From an uncultured Vicinamibacteraceae bacterium (lineage in GTDB: Bacteria; Acidobacteriota; Vicinamibacteria; Vicinamibacterales; UBA8438): DNA of 64,000 nt. The position numbers and the translations under genes were made by a program. Positions 37,339 through 46,496 of the stretch are shown here, in pieces; position 1 is the stretch's first letter; each line of letters begins with the position of its first letter. Where the stretch lies: positions 653-64,652 of the forward strand of contig CAZPZZ010000005.1 of the NCBI GenBank assembly GCA_964591245.1, read 5' to 3'. The notes under the pieces are model-generated. The model did not search any database and was not told where the DNA came from. It saw nothing but the letters and a program-made list of their open reading frames with translations.

Positions 37339-40062
37339 CTACAGGGGCTCTGATCCCATGCGTGTGAGAATTTCGCCCAGGCGTTCGATTTCTTCCCCAT
37401 ACACTGCCCAGTTACCGTTTCGCTGGGCTCGCAGTGCCCGGCGGTAGTGCTCGCTGGCCTGTGCGACGAGCGGACTCTCGGTGGTGGGTAGGGCCGTCGT
37501 TTCTGGAAGTGTCGGTTCGTCTGGGGCGGTGCCGAGCATGCCGGCGACGAGAGCTCCCGGAGAAATGTCGTCTGAGGGCAATTCGTCATCTGAGAAGAGT
37601 CTGTTCAACGCCTGATCGAGCGATTCTTCCATCACGATCTGGTTCTGGTACGCCACGATGACGCGTCGTAGTTCGGGAATTCGCCCACCCGATGCTCGTA
37701 GGTACAGAGGGCGAATGTAGAGCAGGGCTTCCTCTATCGGGATCACGAGTAGGGTGCCCTGAATCACCTCAGAGCCCTGCTGGTTCCAGAGAGTGATCTG
37801 TGGCGAAATCTCCTGATCCTGGTTGATGCGCGCCACGATCTGGCTTGGTCCGAATACGACTTTCTGCTTCGGGAACTGAAACACAAGCACCTTGCCATAC
37901 TGGTCGGCGTCACTTCGAGCGACCATCCAGGCGGCGAGGTTGTTCTTACCGCGGGGGGTGAACGGCAACATCTGGATGTACTCCGCCTGCTCTTCACCCG
38001 GAAGTCGCATGATGGTGTAGTAGGGCTCCATCTGTTCGTTGTCGATGACGGGCACCTCCCACTGGTCTTCACGGTTGTAGAACACTGCCGGGTTCGTCAT
38101 GTGATACGTCGAATAGATCGACGTTTGCAGTGAGAAGAGCCCTTCGGGATATCGGATGTGTCGCCGGAGATCTTCCGGCATTTCGTCCAGGGGTTTGAGA
38201 AAGTCCGGAAAAATGATTTCCAAGGTTCGAGCGATCGGCTCGTTGGGGTCTGCCAGATAAAACGAGGTTGTGCCATCGTACGCGTCGACGACGATCTTGA
38301 CCGGATTACGGATGTAGTTGATACCGCTCGTCACGGGTGCCGCGTAGGGGTAGCGATTACTGACGGTGTACGCATCGAGAATCCAGTGAAGTCGACCCTC
38401 CGAAATCACCAGATACGGATCCGTATCGTATTGGAGGAATGGAGCGATATTACTCACACGATCCAGGATGTTTCGGTGATACAGAATCCGACTCTCGTTG
38501 CCGAGCTGGCTAGCCACGAGAATCTCGTAAGCGCGAAAGCGGACGGCGAACAAGAACTGTCGGAGCAATGAGGACATTGCTACGCCGCCGGCACCGTCGT
38601 ACCGCGTCGACACGTTGTCGTCGCCTTCGGGGTAGTGAAATTCGTCGGTTTCCGTGTTGACGATGACGTAGTCGTTGGACAGTTCACCGAAGTAAACGCT
38701 GGGCTGATCCACCGTAAGGTCTACCGAGGATGTCGGTGGTAAATCCTGAATGAACAGCACCGGCAAGCCTTCCTGGGTTACCTGGTTGACTGGACCCAGG
38801 GCCACGCCGAATCCGTGAGTATATTGCAGATGTTCGTTGACCCACGATCGGTTTGGGAGACTGTCGGAGTTCAATTCACGACTCGACAACATGATCTGGC
38901 GGTACTCGCCGTTGACGTAATACCGATCGTTGTCGACAGACGCAAAGTCGTAATAGGTCCTGATTTCCTGTATTTGTCCGAAGGTGTCGAGAAGTGGTTC
39001 GTGATCCCAGAGCCGAACATTGTTGATCGTCTGGGTGTTGTTCTCGATGTCGGCGAGCGTGAGTGTGGCGTCGCCAGAGAGCTCTCGCGCCTCAACGAGT
39101 TCGAGCCCAAAGGCCTGGCGTGTCGCTGCGATGTTGTGTTCGATGTACGGGGCCTCGCGTTGTTGTTCGTCCGGTGTGACGACGAGGCGCTGTAAGCCGA
39201 CACTACCGATGTTTCCCCCTATCGTGACCAATGCGTACAAGCCGAACGCAACACCAAAAGGTGCGTTACGAGGGGTGAACGCCGATACGGTACACAATCC
39301 TGCGCCCACCAGTGCCACGAACAGCACTAGGCGAAGTATGGGAATACCCAGCGTGACATCGACGTACGATGCCCCGTGAATAATGCTTGCCGGGGTGGTG
39401 AGAATTCTGGGGACGTCGAGATAGGCGCCCCAAGCCAGCAAGAGAAACAATCCGGCCATGATGAGGCCGAGGTGTCGCCTGGCTTCGTTGCTGACCACTG
39501 GACCTTCGGTGGGAGACAAAGCGAGCTGACCCGAGATGACGTAAACGGCGGTGCAACCGATGAGGGACAGGACAACGACCGTCAGCGTGAGGTAGCGAGC
39601 CAGATCCAAGAACGGGAGCGAAAAAATATAGAAGCTGGCGTCCCGCCCGAATAGTGGATCGGTCTGGCCAAACGGCACCGCGTTCTGAAACATCAGCCAC
39701 GTCAGCCACTCGTTCGACGCAAAGAGGGCGAGGAAGAGACTGAGTAAGGTCGCGATAGCCCTGGTTAGCATCTTGAGCTGGCGAGGCTCAAGCACGACCG
39801 GCTGAATGTCACCGCCGCCGGGAAACAGCATGTACGGCCGCGTGAATCGTTTCAACGCCAGCCGCAAGTTCATGGAAAGACAGCCGAAAGCGAGGAAAAA
39901 CACTACGCTTCCCATCGTTGCTTTGGCTGTAAGCGTTCGTGTGAAAATGCCGTCATAGGCAACTTCGTTGAACCATAGCCATTCGGTGGCCAACTCGATG
40001 ATCGAGGGCATCACCGTGAAGACCAACAGAACAACGAGTAGAAGGATGAATCTCGCTGGCAT
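37339..40062 (-). CDS. UPF0182 family large membrane protein
   Basis: From the ATG at 40062 the product reads MPARFILLLVVLLVFTVMPSIIELATEWLWFNEVAYDGIFTRTL... It has an N-terminal multi-TM region plus a large soluble domain, ~907 aa. The 189-aa ORF-track extension is low-complexity and unlikely to be real. Confidence 0.85.
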   Translation of the reverse strand: MPARFILLLVVLLVFTVMPSIIELATEWLWFNEVAYDGIFTRTLTAKATMGSVVFFLAFGCLSMNLRLALKRFTRPYMLFPGGGDIQPVVLEPRQLKMLTRAIATLLSLFLALFASNEWLTWLMFQNAVPFGQTDPLFGRDASFYIFSLPFLDLARYLTLTVVVLSLIGCTAVYVISGQLALSPTEGPVVSNEARRHLGLIMAGLFLLLAWGAYLDVPRILTTPASIIHGASYVDVTLGIPILRLVLFVALVGAGLCTVSAFTPRNAPFGVAFGLYALVTIGGNIGSVGLQRLVVTPDEQQREAPYIEHNIAATRQAFGLELVEARELSGDATLTLADIENNTQTINNVRLWDHEPLLDTFGQIQEIRTYYDFASVDNDRYYVNGEYRQIMLSSRELNSDSLPNRSWVNEHLQYTHGFGVALGPVNQVTQEGLPVLFIQDLPPTSSVDLTVDQPSVYFGELSNDYVIVNTETDEFHYPEGDDNVSTRYDGAGGVAMSSLLRQFLFAVRFRAYEILVASQLGNESRILYHRNILDRVSNIAPFLQYDTDPYLVISEGRLHWILDAYTVSNRYPYAAPVTSGINYIRNPVKIVVDAYDGTTSFYLADPNEPIARTLEIIFPDFLKPLDEMPEDLRRHIRYPEGLFSLQTSIYSTYHMTNPAVFYNREDQWEVPVIDNEQMEPYYTIMRLPGEEQAEYIQMLPFTPRGKNNLAAWMVARSDADQYGKVLVFQFPKQKVVFGPSQIVARINQDQEISPQITLWNQQGSEVIQGTLLVIPIEEALLYIRPLYLRASGGRIPELRRVIVAYQNQIVMEESLDQALNRLFSDDELPSDDISPGALVAGMLGTAPDEPTLPETTALPTTESPLVAQASEHYRRALRAQRNGNWAVYGEEIERLGEILTRMGSEPL

Positions 40063-40502
40063 TCTTTGCCTCGCGTGGCCACTCGACGCGGTTATCAGAG
40101 GGAAGATTCCCTCAGTTTTAATGTAAGTGAGCACACTGCCCACCCCTAGCAGCGTACGTGACCGGCTCCTCGGACGCAACCAGAACTGGAAGAAAAGAGG
40201 ATGGAGACCTGGTGGCCAGTTTCGAATGGACTTCAGGTAGCGCGGTGGCTGGTGTCGAGTACTATTGCCACACGACGTCGATTCTCGCGCTGCTGTCGCG
40301 CGCTCGAATGCTCGGCGCGGTGGGTCCGCCAGGCGATTGAGGCACTGGGACCGACGCCCGAGTGAGTATTGGTGCGAGGTTGCCGTTTCTAGGTCGTGTC
40401 CTCGAAGAATTGTGAGACGCATCGTTCCCGTTCGACATAGATTCGCGGTCGTGGAAGGAAAATCACAGACACTGAGCGCTCGGCAGTGAGAGGTGATCCA
40501 GC

Positions 40503-40937
40503 ATGAGTGACCGGAAGTATCGACAACGCGGTTACCAGGACGAGTCTCGTGAAAAGGCTCCGCCGCCTTCGCGGCAGGACCGTGGCGACGGTGCGCCGCG
40601 CGGCGTGACGAATCGTCAGCATCGGACACCGAACATGCCGGGTTTTCACGAGGTGATGCGTTGCGCGCGATGTGGTCAAACGTTGCGACGGGCCATCGGT
40701 CAGGACTCGACGTGTCCGAGTTGTGGCACGGCGTTGCATACCTGTGCTCAGTGCGCCTCGTTTGATAGCGGCAGCCAATTCGAGTGTTTGCAACCCATCA
40801 GCGCGAGGGTGTCACCCAAAGACGCTCGAAATACTTGTCGCTACTTTGCGGCGCAGGTCACTGTCGAGAGGCAGACCCACTCTACGGTCACCGGACCCCG
40901 CGGCGCGAAGCAAGCCTTCGACGATTTATTCAAGTGA
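40503..40937 (+). CDS. Zinc-ribbon hypothetical protein
   Basis: ATG at 40503. The N-terminus is basic and disordered. It is followed by CARCG-x15-CPSCG and CAQC motifs. Confidence 0.6.
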   Translation: MSDRKYRQRGYQDESREKAPPPSRQDRGDGAPRGVTNRQHRTPNMPGFHEVMRCARCGQTLRRAIGQDSTCPSCGTALHTCAQCASFDSGSQFECLQPISARVSPKDARNTCRYFAAQVTVERQTHSTVTGPRGAKQAFDDLFK

Positions 40938-41024
40938 GGCCCACGCTGTTGCGCGGCAGCATTTCTCGTTCAGACAGATTGTTCAATCGCGTCATCTTAG
41001 TCCCCGGTACGCCATAATCCCGAG

Positions 41025-41675
41025 ATGGACGCTCGAAATCCGCTTGATCTTGAGGCCGCATTGGCCGACGTGAGCGCGCCCGTGAAGCTTGTCTTCTTCA
41101 CGCAGACTTTCGGGTGCGATAGTTGCCTACCGGCACGCCAGGCGCTTGACCGACTGGCGTCGTTGTCCGACCAGATCACCGTGGAAGAGTTCAATCTGGT
41201 ACTGGACAAAGCTGAAGCGACCGCCTATGGAATCCAGCGTGCGCCGGCGATAGCGGTCGTTGGAGGAAGCGACACGGGCATCCGGTTTTACGGGGTTCCC
41301 GATGGCTACGAGCTTGTCTCTCTGGTCGAGTCGATTCTTCTCGTCGCCTCCGGGGTTTCTGGGCTCAGCGACGAGAGTCACGCGGTGGTGGCGGCGGTCA
41401 CGGAGCCGGTGGATATTCAGGTCTTCGTGACACCAACCTGACCGCATTGTCCCCAGGTGGTCAACCTGGCCCAGCGGCTTGCGTTCGCGAGCCCTCACAT
41501 AACGGCGGCTGCGGTCGCCGCGGTGGAATATCCCGACCTGGTGCGGCAGTACCGGGTCACCGGGGTGCCGAAAACCGTGGTGAACGAGCGCACGGAAATC
41601 TTGGGTGCGCTCCCGGAGGCTGATTTCGTCAGCCAGGTGCTCGCTGACACTAACGACCCCGAGCCACTTGCATGA
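41025..41675 (+). CDS. Two-domain PDO/glutaredoxin-like thiol-disulfide oxidoreductase with in-frame TGA (candidate selenocysteine) in the second redox motif
   Basis: The track ORFs 41025..41441 and 41457..41675 are in the same frame and are separated only by a TGA at 41439-41441. Read-through gives VDIQVFVTPT-U-PHCPQVVNLAQRLA...EYPDLVRQYRVTGVPKTVV, matching the FVTPTCPYCP...EYPE...VP unit of PfPDO/TIGR02187-type proteins. The first unit keeps CDSC (41115-41126). A SECIS-like hairpin follows. Confidence 0.7.
41442..41477 (+). promoter_or_regulatory. Candidate bacterial SECIS element
   Basis: Immediately 3' of the TGA the sequence reads CCGC-AUUGUCC-CCAGGU-GGUCA-ACCUGG-CCCA-GCGG. It has a 6-bp upper stem, a 4-bp lower stem and an apical loop starting GGUC 17 nt after the UGA. 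Confidence 0.5.
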
Positions 41676-43621
41676 TCTTCCCTGTTCGTACCTTGCCCGT
41701 GCTCAGTCTGATTGTGGTTGCGGCCGCATTGGGGGGCGGCGCGATGGCATTGATGCCGCGTCCAGGGGGGCAGACGGGAGTCGCTGACGCGGATGGGCCC
41801 ACGATCCATTATGTGTTGAGCTTCCCAGAGGCTGCGCATCGATGGATGCAGGTCGAGGTGACTGCCGTCGGGGTGCCACCTGCCGCTCTGAGCATGCGGA
41901 TGAGCACCGCGTCTCCGGGGCGCTATGCGCGACATGCTTTTGCCAAGAACGTGTTTGACGTTCGGGCGTATGACGGCGCTGGCAATGCCCTGTCGCCAAC
42001 ACGGTCGGGCATGGCTCGATGGGATGTCGATGGTCATGATGGAACCGTGCGGTTTACCTACCGCGTCTACGGCGACCGAGTCGATGGGACATATCTGGCC
42101 ATTGACGAAACTCATGCGCACATCAATATGCCTGCGGCATTGATGTGGGTGAACGGTCTGGAGCATCGCTCGGCGACGATCCGGTTCGAGCCCCCCGCCT
42201 CCAGTGGGTGGCGAGTAGCGAGCCAGCTCTACCCTACTGAGGATCCGCTGAGTTTCACGTCGCCTAATCTCCAGTACCTGCTCGACAGCCCGAGCGAACT
42301 GAGTCGTTTCGCGGAGCGCTCGTTTTCGGTCGTTGACCCAAGTGATCCGGGGCATCGACCGACTTTTCGTATTGCACTGCACCACGACGGCGGAGACCAG
42401 GAACTCAATGGCTACGCGGCAGACGTTGAACGGATTGTCCGTGAAATGGTTGCTGTCTTCCGCGAGTTTCCCCCGTTCGAAACCGGCCGGTACACCTTTA
42501 TCGCGGACTATCTGCCCACTGCGAGCGGCGACGCGATGGAACATCGAAACAGTACCGTCCTGAGTTCGTCGGGATCATTGCGTGGACAGCATCGTTTTCT
42601 GCTGGGCTCGGTTTCCCATGAGTTTTTTCATGTATGGAACGTTGAGCGCATCCGGCCTCGTTCGTTGGAACCGTTCGACTTTGAGACCGTTAATCCGTCT
42701 GGCGAACTGTGGTTGGCGGAGGGCGTGACCAACTACTACGGAGCCCTGATCCTGCAACGCACCGGTCTGGCGACGTTGTCCGACACACTCGAACGTTTTA
42801 GCGCGGCCATCAACACCGTACGCCTTGGTCCGGGACGCCGGTTTCGCTCGGTCGCGGACATGGGAAGACTGGCGCCGTTTACGGACGCCGCAGTGGCGAT
42901 CGACCGTACGAACTGGGACAACCTTTTCATCTCGTATTACACCTGGGGAGAGGCCTTGGGGTTGGGGCTGGACCTCTTGCTCCGGGCTCGGGCTGATGCA
43001 CAGCCCGACACATCCCCGATTACGCTGGATGACTACATGCGCGTGATGTGGGATCGGTTCGGGCGAGCCGGAGGCGTGGTTCCCGGGACCGTTGATCGAC
43101 CGTATACTCAGGCCGACGCACAGGCCGCCCTGGCCGATCTGACGGGGGATGCAGCATTTGCAGAAATGTTTTTCGCCCGCTATATCGAAGGAACCGAAGT
43201 TATCGATTACGCGCCACTCTTCGCCCGAGCGGGGCTGAGGTTACGTCCCCGCAATCCCGATCGCATGTGGTTGGGTGCTCCGGCGCTCCGTTTTGAACGC
43301 GGCGGGGCCCGGGTCGTTGCTCCGGTACGTTTCGGTTCACCGCTCTCTGAGGCCGGCATTGCTCGAGATGACGTGTTGGTTTCACTCGACAATCGGTCCC
43401 TTTCGTCGCGCGGGCGGCTCGAGACATTGCTTCGTGAGCTGCGGGGCCAAAGCGGCGTGATGCTCGAGTACCTCCGTCGGGGTGAGCCCCGTCAGGCTCA
43501 ACTTGTCGTGGAGCCGGATCCCGCCTTGGAGCTGGTTTCGCTCGAGCAACTGGGCGAGCGTCCGACGCCAGATCAGAGACTGTTTCGCGATAACTGGTTG
43601 GGCTCCCAGATCGAGAATTGA
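41672..43621 (+). CDS. M61 family glycyl aminopeptidase with C-terminal PDZ domain
   Basis: HEFFHVWNVERIRP is the zinc motif. The C-terminal PDZ-like segment reads SPLSEAGIARDDVLVSLDN. Has an N-terminal signal or anchor. The start overlaps the upstream stop (ATGA). Confidence 0.85.
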   Translation: MIFPVRTLPVLSLIVVAAALGGGAMALMPRPGGQTGVADADGPTIHYVLSFPEAAHRWMQVEVTAVGVPPAALSMRMSTASPGRYARHAFAKNVFDVRAYDGAGNALSPTRSGMARWDVDGHDGTVRFTYRVYGDRVDGTYLAIDETHAHINMPAALMWVNGLEHRSATIRFEPPASSGWRVASQLYPTEDPLSFTSPNLQYLLDSPSELSRFAERSFSVVDPSDPGHRPTFRIALHHDGGDQELNGYAADVERIVREMVAVFREFPPFETGRYTFIADYLPTASGDAMEHRNSTVLSSSGSLRGQHRFLLGSVSHEFFHVWNVERIRPRSLEPFDFETVNPSGELWLAEGVTNYYGALILQRTGLATLSDTLERFSAAINTVRLGPGRRFRSVADMGRLAPFTDAAVAIDRTNWDNLFISYYTWGEALGLGLDLLLRARADAQPDTSPITLDDYMRVMWDRFGRAGGVVPGTVDRPYTQADAQAALADLTGDAAFAEMFFARYIEGTEVIDYAPLFARAGLRLRPRNPDRMWLGAPALRFERGGARVVAPVRFGSPLSEAGIARDDVLVSLDNRSLSSRGRLETLLRELRGQSGVMLEYLRRGEPRQAQLVVEPDPALELVSLEQLGERPTPDQRLFRDNWLGSQIEN

Positions 43622-43645
43622 AAGTCAACGACCAGCGAGCCGACG

Positions 43646-46060
43646 ATGAATACTGAGGAACGCGATCCGGTCTGTGGCATGACGGTCGATCCGGCCAAGA
43701 GTCGGTTCAACCATGTCTACGCCGGAGGGACCTACTACTTCTGTTGTGGTGGGTGTCAGGCCGCCTTCGTGGCAGATCCAGAACAATATCTCCATCCACC
43801 TGAAGCACCCGTGGCACCCGAGGCTCCACCTGGTACATGGTTCACATGTCCGATGGATCCTGAGGTTCGGACACAGACAGCGGGGCCGTGCCCGAAGTGC
43901 GGGATGTCGCTCGAGGCGGTCATTGATGTAGCCACGATGCTGCCCTCCATCGAGTACATCTGTCCCATGCACTCGGATGTGGTGCGGCTTGAGCCAGAGC
44001 CGTGTCCGCACTGCGGAATGGCGCTGGAACCCCGTACAGTGGATCCCGGGGACCAGCCGAACCCGGAACTCGATGACATGACCCGCAGATTCTGGCGTGG
44101 AACTGTTATCGGATTTCCTGTATTCGTTCTCGCGATGGCCGAAATGTTTCTGGGTGATCGTATTGCCCAGTCCGTCGGTCGCATGACATCGAATTGGATT
44201 CAGCTGATCTTTGCGACACCAGTGGTGTTGTGGGTCGGTCGTCCGCTGTTTGAGCGCGCCTGGGCTTCGCTTGGCAACCGAAGTCCGAATATGTTCACGC
44301 TGATTGGGCTCGGGGTCGGGGCAGCCTACGCGTACAGCGTATCGGCAACGGTGGTGCCGGGGGTTTTTCCCGCTGGCTTTCGGATGGCTGGTGGCATCGA
44401 GCCGTACTTCGATACGTCGGTGGTCATCATTGTGCTTGTGCTCTTGGGGCAGGTCCTTGAGTTACGGGCGCGCAGCCGGACTGGCGCGGCACTCAGGGCG
44501 CTCCTTGGCCTTGTTCCGACGACGGCAAGGCGGGTGGCTGAGTGCGGCAACGAGACGGATGTACCCCTGAGTGACATCCAGGTTGGCGACGTGTTGCGCG
44601 TGCGTCCGGGAGAACGGATTCCGGTGGACGGTCTGGTGGTGGACGGAGCGAGTGCGGTCGATGAGTCGATGTTGACCGGCGAACCGGTCCCGGTTGAAAA
44701 AATCGAAGGGACGCATGTGGTCGGCGCCACGATGAATGGAACCGGTGCGTTGCTGATGCGGGCCGAGCGGGTGGGAGGCGAGACACTGCTGGCACAGATC
44801 GTTGCCATGGTAGGTGAGGCGCAGCGCAGTCGTGCCCCGATCCAGCGCGTTGCCGATCGGTTGGCCTCCGTCTTCGTGCCGTCTGTCGTTGCGGTGGCGT
44901 TGTTCGCCTTCATGGGGTGGTCGTTGTGGGGCCCTGAGCCTCGGCTGGCTCTGGCCCTTGTCAGTGCCGTAGCGGTGCTCATCATTGCCTGCCCGTGTGC
45001 TCTAGGGCTGGCGACGCCGATGGCGGTGATGGTAGGAATGGGTCGAGGGGCCGGGGTTGGTGTGCTGATCAAGCACGCCGAAGCCCTCGAACTCTTGGAG
45101 CGGGTAGACACATTGATTGTCGACAAGACTGGCACCCTGACGGAGGGGCACCCCAGCGTGGAGGCGGTTGTGTCGCTCGATGGTATCGAGGAAGAGGAAA
45201 TCCTTCGCGTGGCGGCGGGGCTGGAACAAGGGAGCGAGCATCCCTTGGCAGCAGCGGTTGTCCGGGCGGCGGCGGCGCGGAACCTTGTCGTGCCGAAGGC
45301 CTCGGAATTTCGTACCGAGATTGGTCTCGGTGTTACCGGAACTGTCGATGGGCGAGGTGTAATGCTGGGGACAGCGGCGTTACTTGATGCCCGGGATGTC
45401 GACACATCCATGCTAGCGATCCAGGCCGACGAGTTTCGCCAGCGCGGGCAGACTGTTGTGTACGTGGCCTTTGACGGCAAGCTGGTTGGCCTCCTTGCCG
45501 TCGCCGACCCGATAAAGGCGACCACGGCCGCGGCCGTCCGTGAGTTGCAGAGGGAAGGGCTCACGATCATCATGGCGACCGGTGACAATGAAGCGACGGC
45601 CGGCGCCGTAGCGTCGGATCTGGGTATTGACCAGATACAGGCCGGTGTTCTTCCGGCCGGTAAACAGCGTCTCATTGCCGAGCATCAGAAAGCGGGTCAT
45701 GTTGTGGCGATGGCGGGAGATGGGATCAATGACGCACCCGCGCTTGCGGCCGCAGACGTGGGCATCGCCATGGGAACCGGTACCGATGTGGCTATCGAAA
45801 GCGCCGGCGTGACCCTGGTGCGTGGTGATCTTCGCGCAATAGCTCAGGCCAGGCGACTCAGCCGTGCCACCATGCGTAACATCCGCCAGAATCTCTTTCT
45901 GGCATTCATCTACAACGCGCTCGGAGTTCCGGTGGCGGCCGGCTTGCTCTATCCCGTATTTGGTGTGTTCATCAGTCCCGTCTGGGCCAGCGTCGCCATG
46001 ACCGCGAGTTCTTTGTCGGTGATCTCCAACGCCCTCCGTCTGCGTCGCGTCGAGCTATAA
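43646..46060 (+). CDS. copA: Copper-translocating P1B-type ATPase
   Basis: The N-terminus has a YHS/TRASH-like DPVCGMTV...[12 protein letters not shown] plus two CPM-x9-11-CP-x-CGM modules. Also present are the CPC transmembrane motif ([12 protein letters not shown]), DKTGTLT and [10 protein letters not shown]. Confidence 0.9.
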   Translation: MNTEERDPVCGMTVDPAKSRFNHVYAGGTYYFCCGGCQAAFVADPEQYLHPPEAPVAPEAPPGTWFTCPMDPEVRTQTAGPCPKCGMSLEAVIDVATMLPSIEYICPMHSDVVRLEPEPCPHCGMALEPRTVDPGDQPNPELDDMTRRFWRGTVIGFPVFVLAMAEMFLGDRIAQSVGRMTSNWIQLIFATPVVLWVGRPLFERAWASLGNRSPNMFTLIGLGVGAAYAYSVSATVVPGVFPAGFRMAGGIEPYFDTSVVIIVLVLLGQVLELRARSRTGAALRALLGLVPTTARRVAECGNETDVPLSDIQVGDVLRVRPGERIPVDGLVVDGASAVDESMLTGEPVPVEKIEGTHVVGATMNGTGALLMRAERVGGETLLAQIVAMVGEAQRSRAPIQRVADRLASVFVPSVVAVALFAFMGWSLWGPEPRLALALVSAVAVLIIACPCALGLATPMAVMVGMGRGAGVGVLIKHAEALELLERVDTLIVDKTGTLTEGHPSVEAVVSLDGIEEEEILRVAAGLEQGSEHPLAAAVVRAAAARNLVVPKASEFRTEIGLGVTGTVDGRGVMLGTAALLDARDVDTSMLAIQADEFRQRGQTVVYVAFDGKLVGLLAVADPIKATTAAAVRELQREGLTIIMATGDNEATAGAVASDLGIDQIQAGVLPAGKQRLIAEHQKAGHVVAMAGDGINDAPALAAADVGIAMGTGTDVAIESAGVTLVRGDLRAIAQARRLSRATMRNIRQNLFLAFIYNALGVPVAAGLLYPVFGVFISPVWASVAMTASSLSVISNALRLRRVEL

Positions 46061-46079
46061 CCCTGTATAGCTCGACGCG
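46046..46079. repeat. 14-bp perfect palindrome spanning two convergent stop codons
   Basis: CGCGTCGAGCTATA (46046-46059), a 6-nt loop, then TATAGCTCGACGCG (46066-46079). It is a possible bidirectional terminator hairpin but has no U-tract. Confidence 0.5.
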
Positions 46080-46496
46080 TCAGAGACCCCAACGTCCGTC
46101 GTGGTGTTGATGCACCTCAACAATCGTTGAGCGATCGCTGACGGTCCGTCTCCGTGCGGAGACCATGCCGATGAGCCAAGAGACCAATCCCGCGAGAAAC
46201 GCCCCGAGCACAGCCGAGAAAAACGAAGTCACGCTGAATCCAGGGACGAGAGCCGCGGCCAAACCAAACGCGGCACCGTTGACGACGAAGTAAAACAGGC
46301 CCAGAGTCAGCATCGTGAACGGCAGGGTCACCATGAGCAGTAACGGTCGTACGATGGCGTTCACGAATCCGAGTACGAGTGCGGCCGTCGCCAGCGCGAA
46401 CAGTGAGGTGATGTGTACGCCTGACAGGAGCCAGGCGGTCACTCCCAGTGCGACGGCGTTTGTCAGCCAGAGCAGGAGAAAGGAGTTGGTCATCAT
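46080..46496 (-). CDS. DUF360 / phage-holin-family-4-like small membrane protein
   Basis: LLWLTNAVALGVTAWLLSGVHITSLFALATAALVLGFVNAIVRPLLLMVTLPFTMLTLGLFYFVVNGAAF is the typical YvlD/DUF360 pattern. The ATG overlaps the upstream TGA (ATGA). Confidence 0.75.
   Translation of the reverse strand: MMTNSFLLLWLTNAVALGVTAWLLSGVHITSLFALATAALVLGFVNAIVRPLLLMVTLPFTMLTLGLFYFVVNGAAFGLAAALVPGFSVTSFFSAVLGAFLAGLVSWLIGMVSARRRTVSDRSTIVEVHQHHDGRWGL

Noticed and set aside
40063-40629. 189-aa N-terminal extension of the UPF0182 ORF
   Set aside because: The translation is Arg/Ser/Pro-rich and low-complexity. The conserved UPF0182 N-terminus (MPARFILLL...WLWFNE) begins at the ATG at 40062.
41457-41675. 72-aa ORF called as a stand-alone gene by the ORF track
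   Set aside because: It starts at a GTG in the middle of a thioredoxin-fold unit. It is in frame with 41025..41441 and is separated from it only by the TGA at 41439-41441. I treat it as the C-terminal part of one read-through (Sec) gene.
41495-42544. 349-aa minus-strand ORF antisense to the PDO-like and M61 genes
   Set aside because: It is a shadow ORF that spans two well-supported plus-strand genes and has an Arg-rich translation.
44326-45675. 449-aa minus-strand ORF antisense to the P-type ATPase
   Set aside because: It is an antisense shadow ORF with a Ser/Ala/Arg/Pro-rich translation. The plus strand carries unmistakable CPC, DKTGT and GDGINDAP motifs.
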